64,000 nucleotides of DNA, taken from IMG/VR virus record IMGVR_UViG_3300027754_005988, positions 62,970-126,969 of that record, one strand, 5' to 3'. The translations under genes were made by a program, and so were the position numbers. This document shows, one piece after another, positions 1 through 11,153 of this stretch (positions are counted from its first letter, which is position 1; each line of letters begins with the position of its first letter). The notes beneath the pieces are model-generated. The model was not told where the DNA came from. It made no database searches and worked only from the letters and a program-made list of their open reading frames with translations. This DNA is from a virus.

Positions 1-2
1 AA

Positions 3-560
3 TTAATAGATGATGAGATACAAATTTATTTTTGTGACCCAGCAATTAAAAATTATGTTGATAAATCAAATTTTTCTTCGTACTTTTGTTACCATCAAGA
101 AAACGCAGCACTAATTAAAACAATGATTGGTGATAAAAGCGACACGATAAAAGGTATTAAAGGGTTAGGAGAGAAGAAATTGGTATCACTATTCCCGATG
201 TTAAAAGAAAGTAAATTAACCTTAAACCAAATAATAGATGAAGCTAAAAAACAAAAATTAGAAAGAATATCGGAAAAGAAACCTAATCTATTGATATTAG
301 ATAATATCATTAATGGTGTCACTGAAGGTGTTCAAGGTAAAGATATCTATGAAATAAATCATAAATTAGTTAACCTTAAAGAACCAATGATGACAGAAGA
401 TGGGATTAAACAATTACATGATTTGATAAATGAACCATTAGAAAGAGGCGAATTTAGAAAAATATATGTTATGATGAAAAAAGATGGGTTAAATAAAGAA
501 ATGAGTGAATATAGATACGAAGATTTCTTAATACCTTTTAAAAGTTTAATAACGAGATAA
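3..560 (+). CDS. 5'-3' exonuclease / flap endonuclease (Pol I 5' nuclease family), C-terminal part; 5'-truncated by window edge
   Basis: Frame is open from nt 3 (LIDDEIQIYF...). H3TH motif LIKTMIGDKSDTIKGIKGLGEKK. Confidence 0.85.
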   Translation, partial: LIDDEIQIYFCDPAIKNYVDKSNFSSYFCYHQENAALIKTMIGDKSDTIKGIKGLGEKKLVSLFPMLKESKLTLNQIIDEAKKQKLERISEKKPNLLILDNIINGVTEGVQGKDIYEINHKLVNLKEPMMTEDGIKQLHDLINEPLERGEFRKIYVMMKKDGLNKEMSEYRYEDFLIPFKSLITR

Positions 561-584
561 ATAATTAATTTAAAACAATAAAAA

Positions 585-1079
585 ATGGCAACATCAGAAA
601 CTAAAACAACAGAAGTAACAAACACAAATGATTACGCAAAAAAAAATGAAGAAAGATTTGAATTTGTGTTATTTATAAATGACCACATTATATGTCAACG
701 ATATCTTAATATCAGAGATTACAATGAAGATGCTATAAAATCATTAGAATTAAAAGACCTTGCAGATAGTATCGTAGGTGTTAATAATGGTTCATTTGGT
801 GAAGTAGGTATTATACCTAAACATTTAAAGAATAAAGCAATAGAATATTTGTGGAGTAATTATAACCCATATTATACTAAACCTGAAACAACAACTGATA
901 AAATTGATAACTTTCAATTTGAAGTTAGAGTTGATAAAAAAGTGGTTTTAAGTTCTGGTTTTTCAGGTAATTTATTTCCTCCAAGAGTTAGATATGCTGT
1001 GGATATCAAAGAAATTATACCGTCTATTATGAGTGAGATTAGATATTATTTGAGTCAAAAAAATTATACTATTGTATAG
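585..1079 (+). CDS. Hypothetical protein (164 aa)
   Basis: Clean ORF between exonuclease and helicase; A-rich start context; no recognised motif. Confidence 0.8.
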   Translation: MATSETKTTEVTNTNDYAKKNEERFEFVLFINDHIICQRYLNIRDYNEDAIKSLELKDLADSIVGVNNGSFGEVGIIPKHLKNKAIEYLWSNYNPYYTKPETTTDKIDNFQFEVRVDKKVVLSSGFSGNLFPPRVRYAVDIKEIIPSIMSEIRYYLSQKNYTIV

Positions 1080-1140
1080 TATAAGTTATCACTTTAATAT
1101 ATTTATTAATACAGTAGTTTTAAAATTTAAAAACAAATAG

Positions 1141-2544
1141 ATGGCAAAAATAGACAAGGATACATTAGGATATTTAGGGATGGAGTACCAATTAAGATTA
1201 TTGGCACAAATATTAACAGATAAAAGATTTGCTAACTCAATAATTGATATTGTTGACCCAAATTATTTTGAAGAACAATACTTAAGAATAATAGCCGCCA
1301 CTATTAAAGATGCAAAAAATAAATCAGATATAATACCAGATTTTGGTAGTATTGAGTTTAGATTGTTAGAAGAAATAAGCGATGTACAACAAAGGAAGTT
1401 TGTACTCGCTCAACTTCGCAAGATTAAAGAAGCTAATTTAAACGATACTGAAAAGATTCAAGAGATTGCCATGACTTTTTGTAAACAACAAGAGTTAAAG
1501 AAGTCAATAAAAGAAATACAAAAAATTATTGACAAGGGTAATTTAGAGGATTATGAGAAATGTGAATCCATCCTTAGAAAAGCACTAGAACATGGTGATA
1601 ACAAAGATGATGGTATGGATATCTTTGAAAGTATTAACACAGTATTAGATGAAGATTTTAGAAAACCTATTAAAACAGGTATCAAAGGTCTTGATGAAAT
1701 AATGGATGGTGGGCTATCAAAAGGTGAATTGGCGGTTATATTAGCGCCATTTGGCGTTGGAAAAACCACAATGATGACTAAAATAGCTAATACAGCTATG
1801 CTTGATGGTCATAAAGTGTTACAAATATTTTTTGAAGATATGCCAAAAGTTATTCAAAGAAAACATTTAGCTTGTTGGTCTGGATATGATTTAAATAGTT
1901 TATCTTTACACAAAGATGAATTAATGCAAATGTGTAAAGATATGGAAAATGGCACTAAAGGTAATAGCGGTGTTTTAAGGCTTAAAAAATTCCCAAGTGA
2001 TGGAACAACAATACCTGTGATTAAACAATACATTAGAAAGCAAATTGCTGGTGGTTTTAGACCAGATATTATATTGTTAGACTATATTGATTGTGTTCAA
2101 CCATCAAAACACCATGATGATGCTAATGTTGGAGAAGGTGCAGTTATGAGACAATTTGAAACAATGTTATCAGAATTAGATTTGGCTGGATGGACAGCTG
2201 TTCAAGGTAATAGAAGTTCAATATCTGCTGAAGTTGTTGAAGCCAATCAAATGGGTGGTTCAATTAAAAAAGGACAAATTGGTCACTTTATTGTTTCTAT
2301 TGCTAAAACACTTGAACAAAAAGAAGAAGGTACTGCAACACTTGCAATTCTTAAATCTAGATTTGGTAAAGATGGGGTTATATTCCCTAACGTAATTTTT
2401 GACAATGCTAGAATACAAATAGAGATGGGTCAGAATCAAACAGGTGGCAGTACAAGAAAAGAACACAAAAAAGATACTGATAATAGTAACCAAGAACGCC
2501 TTAATGCATTATTTGATGCAAGGAAAAAAGCAACAAACAATTAA
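1141..2544 (+). CDS. dnaB: DnaB/gp41-like replicative helicase
   Basis: Walker A LAPFGVGKTT, Walker B ILLDYID, QGNR and ILKSRFG motifs. Confidence 0.93.
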   Translation: MAKIDKDTLGYLGMEYQLRLLAQILTDKRFANSIIDIVDPNYFEEQYLRIIAATIKDAKNKSDIIPDFGSIEFRLLEEISDVQQRKFVLAQLRKIKEANLNDTEKIQEIAMTFCKQQELKKSIKEIQKIIDKGNLEDYEKCESILRKALEHGDNKDDGMDIFESINTVLDEDFRKPIKTGIKGLDEIMDGGLSKGELAVILAPFGVGKTTMMTKIANTAMLDGHKVLQIFFEDMPKVIQRKHLACWSGYDLNSLSLHKDELMQMCKDMENGTKGNSGVLRLKKFPSDGTTIPVIKQYIRKQIAGGFRPDIILLDYIDCVQPSKHHDDANVGEGAVMRQFETMLSELDLAGWTAVQGNRSSISAEVVEANQMGGSIKKGQIGHFIVSIAKTLEQKEEGTATLAILKSRFGKDGVIFPNVIFDNARIQIEMGQNQTGGSTRKEHKKDTDNSNQERLNALFDARKKATNN

Positions 2545-2556
2545 TAATAAAATAAA

Positions 2557-3510
2557 ATGACAGAACCAATTTTAAAAAGCAATCCAGACAGATTTGTGTT
2601 ATTTCCAATAGTACATCAAGATTTATGGGATTATTATGAAACAGAGTTAGATGCAATGTGGACAGTTAAGGAAATTGACTTATCAAAAGACATTGACCAT
2701 TGGAATAATAAATTAACAGATAATGAAAGATTCTTCATTAAAAACGTATTAGCTTTTTTTGCAGCATCTGACGGTATTGTTAATGAAAATCTAGCGGAGA
2801 ACTTTTTAAAAGAAGTTCAGTATACAGAAGCTAAATTCTTTTATGGTTTCCAAGTAATGATGGAAAATATACATAGTCATATGTATTCATTACTTATCGA
2901 TACATACATAAAAGACGTTGAAGAACGCAAGAAATGTTTTAAAGCGATAGAATATATGCCACCAGTAAAGAAAAAGGCTGAGTGGGCTTTAAAATGGATT
3001 GAATCTAAATCATTTGCTGAAAGGCTTGTTGCATTTGCAGCTGTTGAAGGTGTTTTCTTTTCTGGTTCATTCTGTAGTATATTTTATTTGAAATCTAGAG
3101 GGTTAATGCCAGGGTTATGTGATACCAATGCATTTATATCAAGAGATGAAGCTTTACATTGTGATTTTGCAATTCATTTATTTAATAATCATATTATAAA
3201 TAAACCATCAAAGGATAGAATTCGTGAAATACTGTTATCTGCATTAGATATCGAAAAAGAGTTTATTACTGAATCATTACCAGTATCTCTTATTGGCATG
3301 AATTCTGATTTAATGAAACAATATTTAGAATTTGTCGTTGATGGTTTATTATCACAATTTAATTGTGAAAAAGAGTTCAATTCAAAGAACCCATTTGAGT
3401 TTATGAATCAAATAGCATTAAAAACAAAACAAAACTTTTTTGAGGGCCGTTCAACAGAATATAAATCAGCAGACTTAAGTGGTCCAATATCATTTGATGA
3501 AGAAATCTAA
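2557..3510 (+). CDS. nrdB: Class Ia ribonucleotide reductase beta subunit
   Basis: Di-iron ligands ASDGIV, MENIHS, AVEGVFF, RDEALH; radical Tyr in HSHMYS. Confidence 0.97.
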   Translation: MTEPILKSNPDRFVLFPIVHQDLWDYYETELDAMWTVKEIDLSKDIDHWNNKLTDNERFFIKNVLAFFAASDGIVNENLAENFLKEVQYTEAKFFYGFQVMMENIHSHMYSLLIDTYIKDVEERKKCFKAIEYMPPVKKKAEWALKWIESKSFAERLVAFAAVEGVFFSGSFCSIFYLKSRGLMPGLCDTNAFISRDEALHCDFAIHLFNNHIINKPSKDRIREILLSALDIEKEFITESLPVSLIGMNSDLMKQYLEFVVDGLLSQFNCEKEFNSKNPFEFMNQIALKTKQNFFEGRSTEYKSADLSGPISFDEEI

Positions 3511-3522
3511 AAATTTAAAAAT

Positions 3523-6500
3523 ATGCAAGTAATAAAAAGAAACGGAAATAAAATAGATTTTAATCCTAGTAGAATACTTACTAGGATTAAAAAACAAGCT
3601 GAAGGGTTAAAAGTTAATGCTGATGAAGTGTTTATTAAAGTAACACAAGGTTTGGCTGATAATATGACTACTAACCAATTAGATGATTTGATTTCAGTAG
3701 TTGCTGAATCATTGGCTATGAATCACCCAGATTATTCTAAATTAGCGGCTAACATAGCAATTAGTAAGTTACATAAAGAAACTGAAGATAGTTTTATAAA
3801 AGCTACTAAAAAAATGTACAATAATGGTTTGTTAAGTGAAACATATTATAATAAAGTTAAAGAAAATATAGACATTATAGAATCTATTATTGATTATAGT
3901 AGAGATTATCAATTTGATTATTTTGGGTGGTGTTCATTAAAAGATATCTATCTATTGAAATTATCTAATGGTATGATAGTAGAAAGACCGCAACATATGT
4001 ATATTAGAGTTGCGTTAATGATTACTAATAATGAAGCAGACTTTAAAGAAAAATATAATGATTTAAGTAATCAAAAAGAAAGCCCAGCAACACCTATTAA
4101 AATTAATATTGGTACTAAAATTGGACAAATAGCTTCATGTTTTGATGAAAATACTGAAGTATATATTCATAATAAAGGTTTAATACCAATAAAAGATGTT
4201 AAAGTTGGTGATAAAACAATAACACATAAAAATAATTTAAAAAATATTACTAATGTTTGGGTTAATGACGTAAACGATAGAGAAGTTGTTACATTTAAAA
4301 CTTATAGAAGTAGACCAATAACTTGTACATCTAACCATGAATTTTATTCAATATCTAACGAACAATTAAAATGGGGTTTAAAACCAAGTTTTAATTCTAT
4401 TGAATATTTAAGAGAAGGTGATTACATTAAATTAGGTTATAATGTTGGTGAAACATCTGTTGAAGTAATTGATTTATTTAATATTTTAAAAGATGTTGAT
4501 GGATATGAATTAACATGTGATAATGAATATATTTATGGTGTTAAAAAATGGGAACAAACCGTTCATAATGTAAAAGATACAGTTGTAAATCATAAAAATT
4601 TAGATAAAATTAAAAGATTTTTGATAATTGATGGTGATATGGCTAAATTTATTGGGCATTGGTATGGTGATGGTACGTTACTTAAACGAAATGGTAATAT
4701 TAGAGGTATTTCTTTAGTAGCACATACGAAACAAAAAGGTATTTGTGAATTTATAAGAAATATTATTACTAATAATATTGGATTACATTTTACTGATTAT
4801 CTAAATAAACACAATAAAAATGATAGTGAATGGTATAGTTTTTCAATAAACAATAATTTATTAGGGTTATGTTTTGAAAAACTATTTGGTAGTTATTTTG
4901 ATGGTAAAAAAATAAATTCCTTTATGTATGATTGGGATAAAAACTTAGTTGATAATTTTTTAATAGGGTTAATAAATTCTGATGGATGTGTCACCAATAA
5001 ATTAGATGTTAATTTATCCATGAAAAATTTAGATTTAATAAAAAATCTTTCTATTATTTTAAAAAAACATGGGTATAATACTGGTTATTCAATGACTAAA
5101 AAAGGTCTATACCGATTAGATTTAGGTAAAAATTTAGATTTAATAAAAATGGTTACCAAACATTATAATGACGATAGGTTAACTAGAGATTATAAATTAG
5201 TGAATAGTAGAAAATATGTTATTAAAATTAACGGTGAAACATATTCTCAAATTATTAGTAAATCAATTATAAGTTATAATAAAACTAAAGTTTATAATTT
5301 GGAAGTAGAAGATGACCATTCATACAACGTTGAAGGTATTATAGCTAAAAATTGTAATTTGTCTATTATTCCTGATGATTCAACAGAAGGATTACTTAAT
5401 ATGCTTGGTAGAATATCTGTATCTTCTTCAAAAGCTGAAGGTATTGGTCTTGCTATATCAAACATTCGTTCTAAAGAAAGTAATGTTGGTAATTCAGATG
5501 GTAAAGCTGGTGGTATTTTAAAATACTTGAAAGTTGTTAATGAAGCATTAAGATATTGGAACCAAAGAGGTAAAAGACCAGGTTCATGTGCTGTTTATAT
5601 CGAACCATGGCATAAAGATATTTATGATGTTTTAGATATTAGAAAGAAAACTGGTGATGAAACACTTAGAGCACGTGATTTGTTTTCAGCGCTATGGGTT
5701 CCAAATAACTTTATGAAAGCCGTTGAAACAAATAGTGATTGGTATTTATTCTGTCCACACGATATTAAAAAAGCTGGTTTAAAACCATTTTATGAAATAT
5801 ATGGTGAAGAATATGAAACAGAATATAATAAAGCAGTAGAATTAGGTATTGGTACTAAAATTAAAGCACATGATTTATGGATAAAAATCATTGAATCACA
5901 AATTGAAAGCGGTATGCCATATATGTGTTTCAAAGACCACGCTAATGAAAAATCTAATCAAAAGAATTTTGGGGTTATTCATTCTAGTAATCTTTGTTCA
6001 GAAATTATGGAAGTGACTGATAGTCAGACAACTGCAATATGTACACTTACATCAATACCAGTTCAAAAATTTGTTACGGATGGTAAATATGATTTTAATG
6101 AATTAGGCAGGGTTAGTCGTTCAATTACTAAATCACTTAATATAGCTGTTGATGTTAATGAGTATTCAACTGTAGAGGGTAGAAAAGGTGGTTTAGAGCA
6201 AAGAGCATTAGGTATAGGCATTCAAGGTCTTGCTGATGTGTATGCTATTCTTAAATTAGCGTTTACATCACAGGAATCTAGAAAGTTAAATAAAGAGATA
6301 TTTGAGACGATTTATTTTAATGCTTTAAGACAATCATGTGATTTGGCTAAAGAAACTGGTTTAACTTATGACCATTATGAAGGTTCTCCAATTTCAAAGG
6401 GTATTTTTCAATGGGAAATGTGGGGATTAAAAGAAGAGGATTTAAGTGGTATGTATGATTGGAAACAATTAAGAGAAGATATCTTATTATATGGTGTTAG

Positions 6501-7050
6501 AAACTCTCTTGTTACAACATGTCCACCAACAGCTAGTTCGGCTCGTGTAATAGGTTCTAATGAAGCGTTTGAACCATTTACATCTAACTTATATGTTCGT
6601 AAGGTAACTGGTGGTGAATTTGCTATGGTAAATAAACATTTGGTTAGAGATTTAGAAGAATTAGGATTATGGAATAGAGAAATTCTTAATGAATTGATTA
6701 AATATGAGGGTAGCCTTCAAAAAATACCAGTGATACCACAAGATATTAAAGATAGATATAGAACGGTATGGGAGATATCTCAAAAATCACTTATTGAAAT
6801 GTCAGCAGACAGGGGTCCATTTATTGACCAATCACAAAGTCTTAATATCTTTTTTGACACACCAACTGTTGCAAAATTAACAACAGCTCACACATTAGGG
6901 TGGAGGTTAGGGTTAAAGACTGGTCAATATTACTTAAGGAGTCAACCAGTTGAAAATAAAGCAAAACATTTAGCTATTGATATGGTAAAACAAAACAAAC
7001 CAGAAAAACCAATAGATAGTCAATTTGAATGCTTTGGATGTTCAAGTTAA
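3523..7050 (+). CDS. nrdA: Class Ia ribonucleotide reductase alpha subunit with intein (predicted spliced product 770 aa)
   Basis: N-terminal ATP cone (VIKRNG), SNLCSEI active site, KTGQYYLR Tyr pair, C-terminal CFGCSS. Confidence 0.97.
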   Translation: MQVIKRNGNKIDFNPSRILTRIKKQAEGLKVNADEVFIKVTQGLADNMTTNQLDDLISVVAESLAMNHPDYSKLAANIAISKLHKETEDSFIKATKKMYNNGLLSETYYNKVKENIDIIESIIDYSRDYQFDYFGWCSLKDIYLLKLSNGMIVERPQHMYIRVALMITNNEADFKEKYNDLSNQKESPATPIKINIGTKIGQIASCFDENTEVYIHNKGLIPIKDVKVGDKTITHKNNLKNITNVWVNDVNDREVVTFKTYRSRPITCTSNHEFYSISNEQLKWGLKPSFNSIEYLREGDYIKLGYNVGETSVEVIDLFNILKDVDGYELTCDNEYIYGVKKWEQTVHNVKDTVVNHKNLDKIKRFLIIDGDMAKFIGHWYGDGTLLKRNGNIRGISLVAHTKQKGICEFIRNIITNNIGLHFTDYLNKHNKNDSEWYSFSINNNLLGLCFEKLFGSYFDGKKINSFMYDWDKNLVDNFLIGLINSDGCVTNKLDVNLSMKNLDLIKNLSIILKKHGYNTGYSMTKKGLYRLDLGKNLDLIKMVTKHYNDDRLTRDYKLVNSRKYVIKINGETYSQIISKSIISYNKTKVYNLEVEDDHSYNVEGIIAKNCNLSIIPDDSTEGLLNMLGRISVSSSKAEGIGLAISNIRSKESNVGNSDGKAGGILKYLKVVNEALRYWNQRGKRPGSCAVYIEPWHKDIYDVLDIRKKTGDETLRARDLFSALWVPNNFMKAVETNSDWYLFCPHDIKKAGLKPFYEIYGEEYETEYNKAVELGIGTKIKAHDLWIKIIESQIESGMPYMCFKDHANEKSNQKNFGVIHSSNLCSEIMEVTDSQTTAICTLTSIPVQKFVTDGKYDFNELGRVSRSITKSLNIAVDVNEYSTVEGRKGGLEQRALGIGIQGLADVYAILKLAFTSQESRKLNKEIFETIYFNALRQSCDLAKETGLTYDHYEGSPISKGIFQWEMWGLKEEDLSGMYDWKQLREDILLYGVRNSLVTTCPPTASSARVIGSNEAFEPFTSNLYVRKVTGGEFAMVNKHLVRDLEELGLWNREILNELIKYEGSLQKIPVIPQDIKDRYRTVWEISQKSLIEMSADRGPFIDQSQSLNIFFDTPTVAKLTTAHTLGWRLGLKTGQYYLRSQPVENKAKHLAIDMVKQNKPEKPIDSQFECFGCSS
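4138..5352 (+). mobile_element. 405-aa intein with LAGLIDADG endonuclease in nrdA
   Basis: IAS|CFDENT start, block B ITCTSNH, FIGHWYGDG and FLIGLINSDG motifs, block F VYNLEV, end IIAKN|C. Confidence 0.95.
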
Positions 7051-7053
7051 AAT

Positions 7054-7081
7054 AAAAAGGTCCTTTAAGGGCCTTTTTTTT
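7054..7081. terminator. Intrinsic terminator after nrdA (bidirectional shape)
   Basis: AAAAAGGTCCT-TTA-AGGGCCTTTTTTT. Confidence 0.85.
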
Positions 7082-7118
7082 ATTTAACACATTTACTTAT
7101 AAAAAATAAATATTATAA

Positions 7119-7125
7119 TATTTAT
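7119..7125 (+). promoter_or_regulatory. Putative late promoter motif TATTTAT
   Basis: 18 nt upstream of the gp25-like gene; motif recurs before virion genes. Confidence 0.55.
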
Positions 7126-7143
7126 TAAAAAAGAAACTAAACA

Positions 7144-7530
7144 ATGGCTGAAGGACGTTATATAAACATAAATTACCCATTTAGGAATAGTCCAAATGGA
7201 TTTTTCTTAGAAATGAATTCTGATGACAATTCAGCTATTAAAGCTGACCTTGTACATTTAATACTAACAAGAAAAGGTCAAAGACTTTATTTACCAGACT
7301 TTGGCACTGATTTAGTTAAATTCATATTTGACCAAAATGATGACATCACATTAAGTTTAGTTAAAGAAGAAATAAAAACAGTTGTTAAAAAATACTTACC
7401 AAATCTAACGATAACAAATTTAACAGTTACTTATTCAGATGAAAGTGAATATGCTGCTGTTATTACTATAGAATATATAGTAACTGAAGGAGCATTTCAA
7501 ACAAGTGACTCTGTAGTTATTAATCTTTAA
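7144..7530 (+). CDS. Baseplate wedge protein, T4 gp25/GPW-like
   Basis: LILTRKGQRLYLPDFGTDL motif; size 128 aa; lies upstream of a gp6-like gene. Confidence 0.88.
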   Translation: MAEGRYININYPFRNSPNGFFLEMNSDDNSAIKADLVHLILTRKGQRLYLPDFGTDLVKFIFDQNDDITLSLVKEEIKTVVKKYLPNLTITNLTVTYSDESEYAAVITIEYIVTEGAFQTSDSVVINL

Positions 7531-9164
7531 CATAATAAACTATATCTTTTATTACCAGAGTCATATATTCTATATATTCCTCTTGTTAACATAATAGAGT
7601 GTTCTGATTCATTTTCATCAAAACCTTGTTTAACTAGAATATCTTTCCTAAATTTGAAGCGATATTCTCTTTTTTTATTTAATATATAGTAATAATTAGG
7701 TATTGTATCGTATATAAATTTAAAACCTAATTTCTCATATAAATCACCTAGTGACCATCTTCTATCGGCATAACTAATAATTTCGATAGGTTTATATGTT
7801 TTAATAAAGTGTTTTAATAATTTGTCAGCACCGCCAATAACATTTGTGTTTAATTTATTACAAAATCTAACTAATTCATATAAACCTTCTGATGAATTAT
7901 GACCCATTATCTTACGTAATTTACCAAATGTCATAATACTAACTAATTCATCATTATAATATAGTCCTAATTTTATTTTAGAATTAACATTACCCTGTAG
8001 ATGATTTTTATTTAAAAATATTTTTGTTTCTTTAGAAGATACTTCTTTTATTTCTGTTTTTCTTCCATATATCTTATAATTGGTCATACCAAGTATATTA
8101 CGTATTCTAGATTTAACGATATCTTGTTTATGTACCCACTCATCTTCAAATATATGTACTAACTGTATACCTAATTGTTCACATTCATTTGTTTTATTTA
8201 AATGATAATCATTATTTAAGTATTCTTCTGAGTGCCAATAAAGACCATTAAATTCAACAGCTATTTTTTTAGAAGGTATGTATATATCTAATTCTTTACC
8301 ATTAAGTATTGATTTATTGTTTTCAATCATATCAATATTTAGTGACTTAATAAAATTAGTTACTTCTTTTTCATTATTAGAAACTCCGTTATTAGAACAT
8401 TTAGCACAACCGTTACCATTTCTATGTGAATCACAACGCTGTTCAAATTCACCATGTATAGGACATATTATTTTTACTTTATCTGTTATTTTATTATAAT
8501 CGACAAAAGAATAATCATATTTATTATTATGTACAAAAGAACAAAAAGTATTAAATGTTTTAGTGTCATATATTTTTTCTAAACATTTAAAACAACCTTG
8601 TTGTTTTGATATATGGTTATTTGGTGTTTGTTCAAAAACACCGTGTTCTGGGCAAATAATTTTAATTTTATCGTGTGATGTATCATATTTCACTAAAGAA
8701 TAATCGTATTTATTATCATGAATTTCTTTAGCTTTTAATATAAACATGTTAGTATCCATTTTACTAGTACCACCACAATACAAACACCCTCTACCATTTA
8801 AATGATTACTAGGTATTTGTTCAAAAATACCGTGCTCTCGACAAATGATTTTAATTTTTGTTTTTGAATTAATGTAGTTAACAATAGAATAATCGTATAC
8901 ATCACCATGAACTTTTTTTGCGTCTGAAATAAATACATCTATATTTTTTCTTTGTTTATTATGTAATATGGTAGTTGAACACTTAGGGCAATTTTGTTTT
9001 GCATTAACATGTTTACTTGGTGTCTGTTCAAAAACACCATGTATTGGACATATTATTTTAATCATTGAATCATTTTTAAAATATTCAACCAATGAATAAT
9101 CATACCTATCACCATGAATTTTCTTTGCTGATAAAATAAATTCTTTAGATGTTTTCTTTTTCAT
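7527..9164 (-). mobile_element. Free-standing Hef-like homing endonuclease: 4 Zn-binding repeats + Vsr/PD-(D/E)XK nuclease + C-terminal GNAT-like domain
   Basis: Four HxxxYDYS...IICPxHGxFEQ...H...C repeats; ELDIYIPSKKIAVEFNGLYWH; IFEDEW; GGADKLL...SYADRRWSLGDLYEKLGF. Antisense insertion in the baseplate operon. Confidence 0.8.
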
Positions 9165-9248
9165 ACCTTATGGTGTTTAATTATAACTATGTAAAGTTAG
9201 TAAAAAAAAATAATAAAAGAAATGTTTATTATTTTTTTTTATTAGTTA

Positions 9249-9255
9249 TATTTAT
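9249..9255 (+). promoter_or_regulatory. Putative late promoter motif TATTTAT
   Basis: 15 nt upstream of the gp6-like gene. Confidence 0.55.
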
Positions 9256-9270
9256 TATTAAAAGAATAAT

Positions 9271-11091
9271 ATGGCAAATCAAGGGATTAATTATACTTCA
9301 CGTAACTTCGCAGACATAAGGTCTGGGCTAATAGATATGGTTAAACAATATTACCCAGACATCTTTAATGATTTTAATGATGCATCTGTTGGTATGATGT
9401 TACTAGAATTAAATGCAGCTGTTGGTGATATGTTATCAGTCAATACTGATAGGATGTTTCAAGAAACACAAATAGATTACGCTAAAGAGTCAAAATCTGT
9501 TCGTTCATTAGCTAGGACATTTGGTTTAAAGATACCAGGTAAACGACCAAGTATAACAATAGTTGATTTTAGTGTTAAAGTTCCAGTTTTTGGTGATACA
9601 TATGATTCTTCATATGCTCCTATTATTAGAGCTGGTGCACAGGTAAATGGTGCAGGTAAGGTATTTGAAACAACAGGTGATATTGATTTTACTAATCCAT
9701 TTACTGTTGGTGGTATACCAAATAGAAAAATAATACCTAATTTTGATTCAAATGGTACTATTATTAACTATACTATTGTAAAAAGGGAAATTGTTATAAA
9801 TGGTTTTACCAAAGTATTCAAAAGAATAATAACAGCTAACGATGTTAAACCATTTTTAGAAGTTATATTACCAGATGACAATGTTTTATCTATAGATTCA
9901 ATTATATCATTACAAGGTACTAATTTTTCAACACAACCAAGCAATAGTCAATTCTTAGATATACAAAATAGATGGTTTGAAATGGATGCATTGGCTGAAG
10001 ATAAAGTATTCATCGAAGATACTGCAAAGGTTTCAGATAATGCTGGTGTTAGACCAGGAAAATGGATAACAGTAACAAAAAAATTCATAAGAGAATATAC
10101 TGATTTAGGTTTTACAAAACTAATATTTGGTGGTGGTACGCAAGACACTAGTAGCCTTTCTGATTTTGACACAAACAAAGCTTTGGTTAATCAAATAGGT
10201 GACTTTATAAATAATATGTCATTAGGTGTTACACCAACAGCAAATACTACTATGTTTATTAAATATAGAGTTGGTGGTGGTACTGATACCAATTTGGGTG
10301 TTAATGTATTGACATCTGTTGGCTTGGCTGATATTAGTGTAATAGGTAGTGATGCTCAAATAAATCAAGCTGTTAGAAATTCATTAACAGTTAATAATGC
10401 ATTACCTGCTTTAGGTGGTAGAGATGTTCCTAGTGTTGAAGAAATAAGGAATATGGTTAGATATAATTTTGCCTCACAAAATAGAGCAGTAACTATTAAA
10501 GATTACCAAACAAGAATAACACAAATGCCAGGCAAATTTGGTGTTCCATTTAGATGTGGTGTTTTTGAAGAACAAAATAAAATCAATATATACGTATTAG
10601 GTTTAAATGGTAACGGTAATTTATCTAATTCATCAACTAGCGCATTAAAAGATAATATAGCAACATATTTAGCTGATTATAGAATGCTAAATGATTATAT
10701 TCAAATGACTGATGGTAGAATAATAAATTTAGCATTTGAAGTTGATTTATATACTGATAAAAAAATACCACAATCACAAGTTATTAGTGAAGTAATTAAT
10801 AACATACAAACATATATGGATATTAATAATTTCCAAATGGGTGATAATATATACATATCTAATTTACTTAATAAAATAAATGATGTTGGTGGTGTTATAA
10901 ACGTAATTGATTTGAGGATATATAATAAAGTTGGTGGAATATATAGTATTAATGAAATATCACAACCTTATTTAGATGCTGAAACAAGACAAATAGACCT
11001 ATCAAGTGATTATACTTTATTTGGTGAACCTACTAGTATGTTTGAAATATTACAACCAACTAAAGATATAATGGTTAGGGTTAAATCTTAG
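9271..11091 (+). CDS. Baseplate wedge subunit, T4 gp6/P2 gpJ-like
   Basis: NYTSRNFADIR...DFNDASVGMMLLE N-terminus; ASQNRAVTIKDY motif. Confidence 0.88.
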   Translation: MANQGINYTSRNFADIRSGLIDMVKQYYPDIFNDFNDASVGMMLLELNAAVGDMLSVNTDRMFQETQIDYAKESKSVRSLARTFGLKIPGKRPSITIVDFSVKVPVFGDTYDSSYAPIIRAGAQVNGAGKVFETTGDIDFTNPFTVGGIPNRKIIPNFDSNGTIINYTIVKREIVINGFTKVFKRIITANDVKPFLEVILPDDNVLSIDSIISLQGTNFSTQPSNSQFLDIQNRWFEMDALAEDKVFIEDTAKVSDNAGVRPGKWITVTKKFIREYTDLGFTKLIFGGGTQDTSSLSDFDTNKALVNQIGDFINNMSLGVTPTANTTMFIKYRVGGGTDTNLGVNVLTSVGLADISVIGSDAQINQAVRNSLTVNNALPALGGRDVPSVEEIRNMVRYNFASQNRAVTIKDYQTRITQMPGKFGVPFRCGVFEEQNKINIYVLGLNGNGNLSNSSTSALKDNIATYLADYRMLNDYIQMTDGRIINLAFEVDLYTDKKIPQSQVISEVINNIQTYMDINNFQMGDNIYISNLLNKINDVGGVINVIDLRIYNKVGGIYSINEISQPYLDAETRQIDLSSDYTLFGEPTSMFEILQPTKDIMVRVKS

Positions 11092-11153
11092 TATTTCCTT
11101 ATTATATTAAAAATACTAAATTTAATAAAATAACATTATTTAAAAATAAAAAT

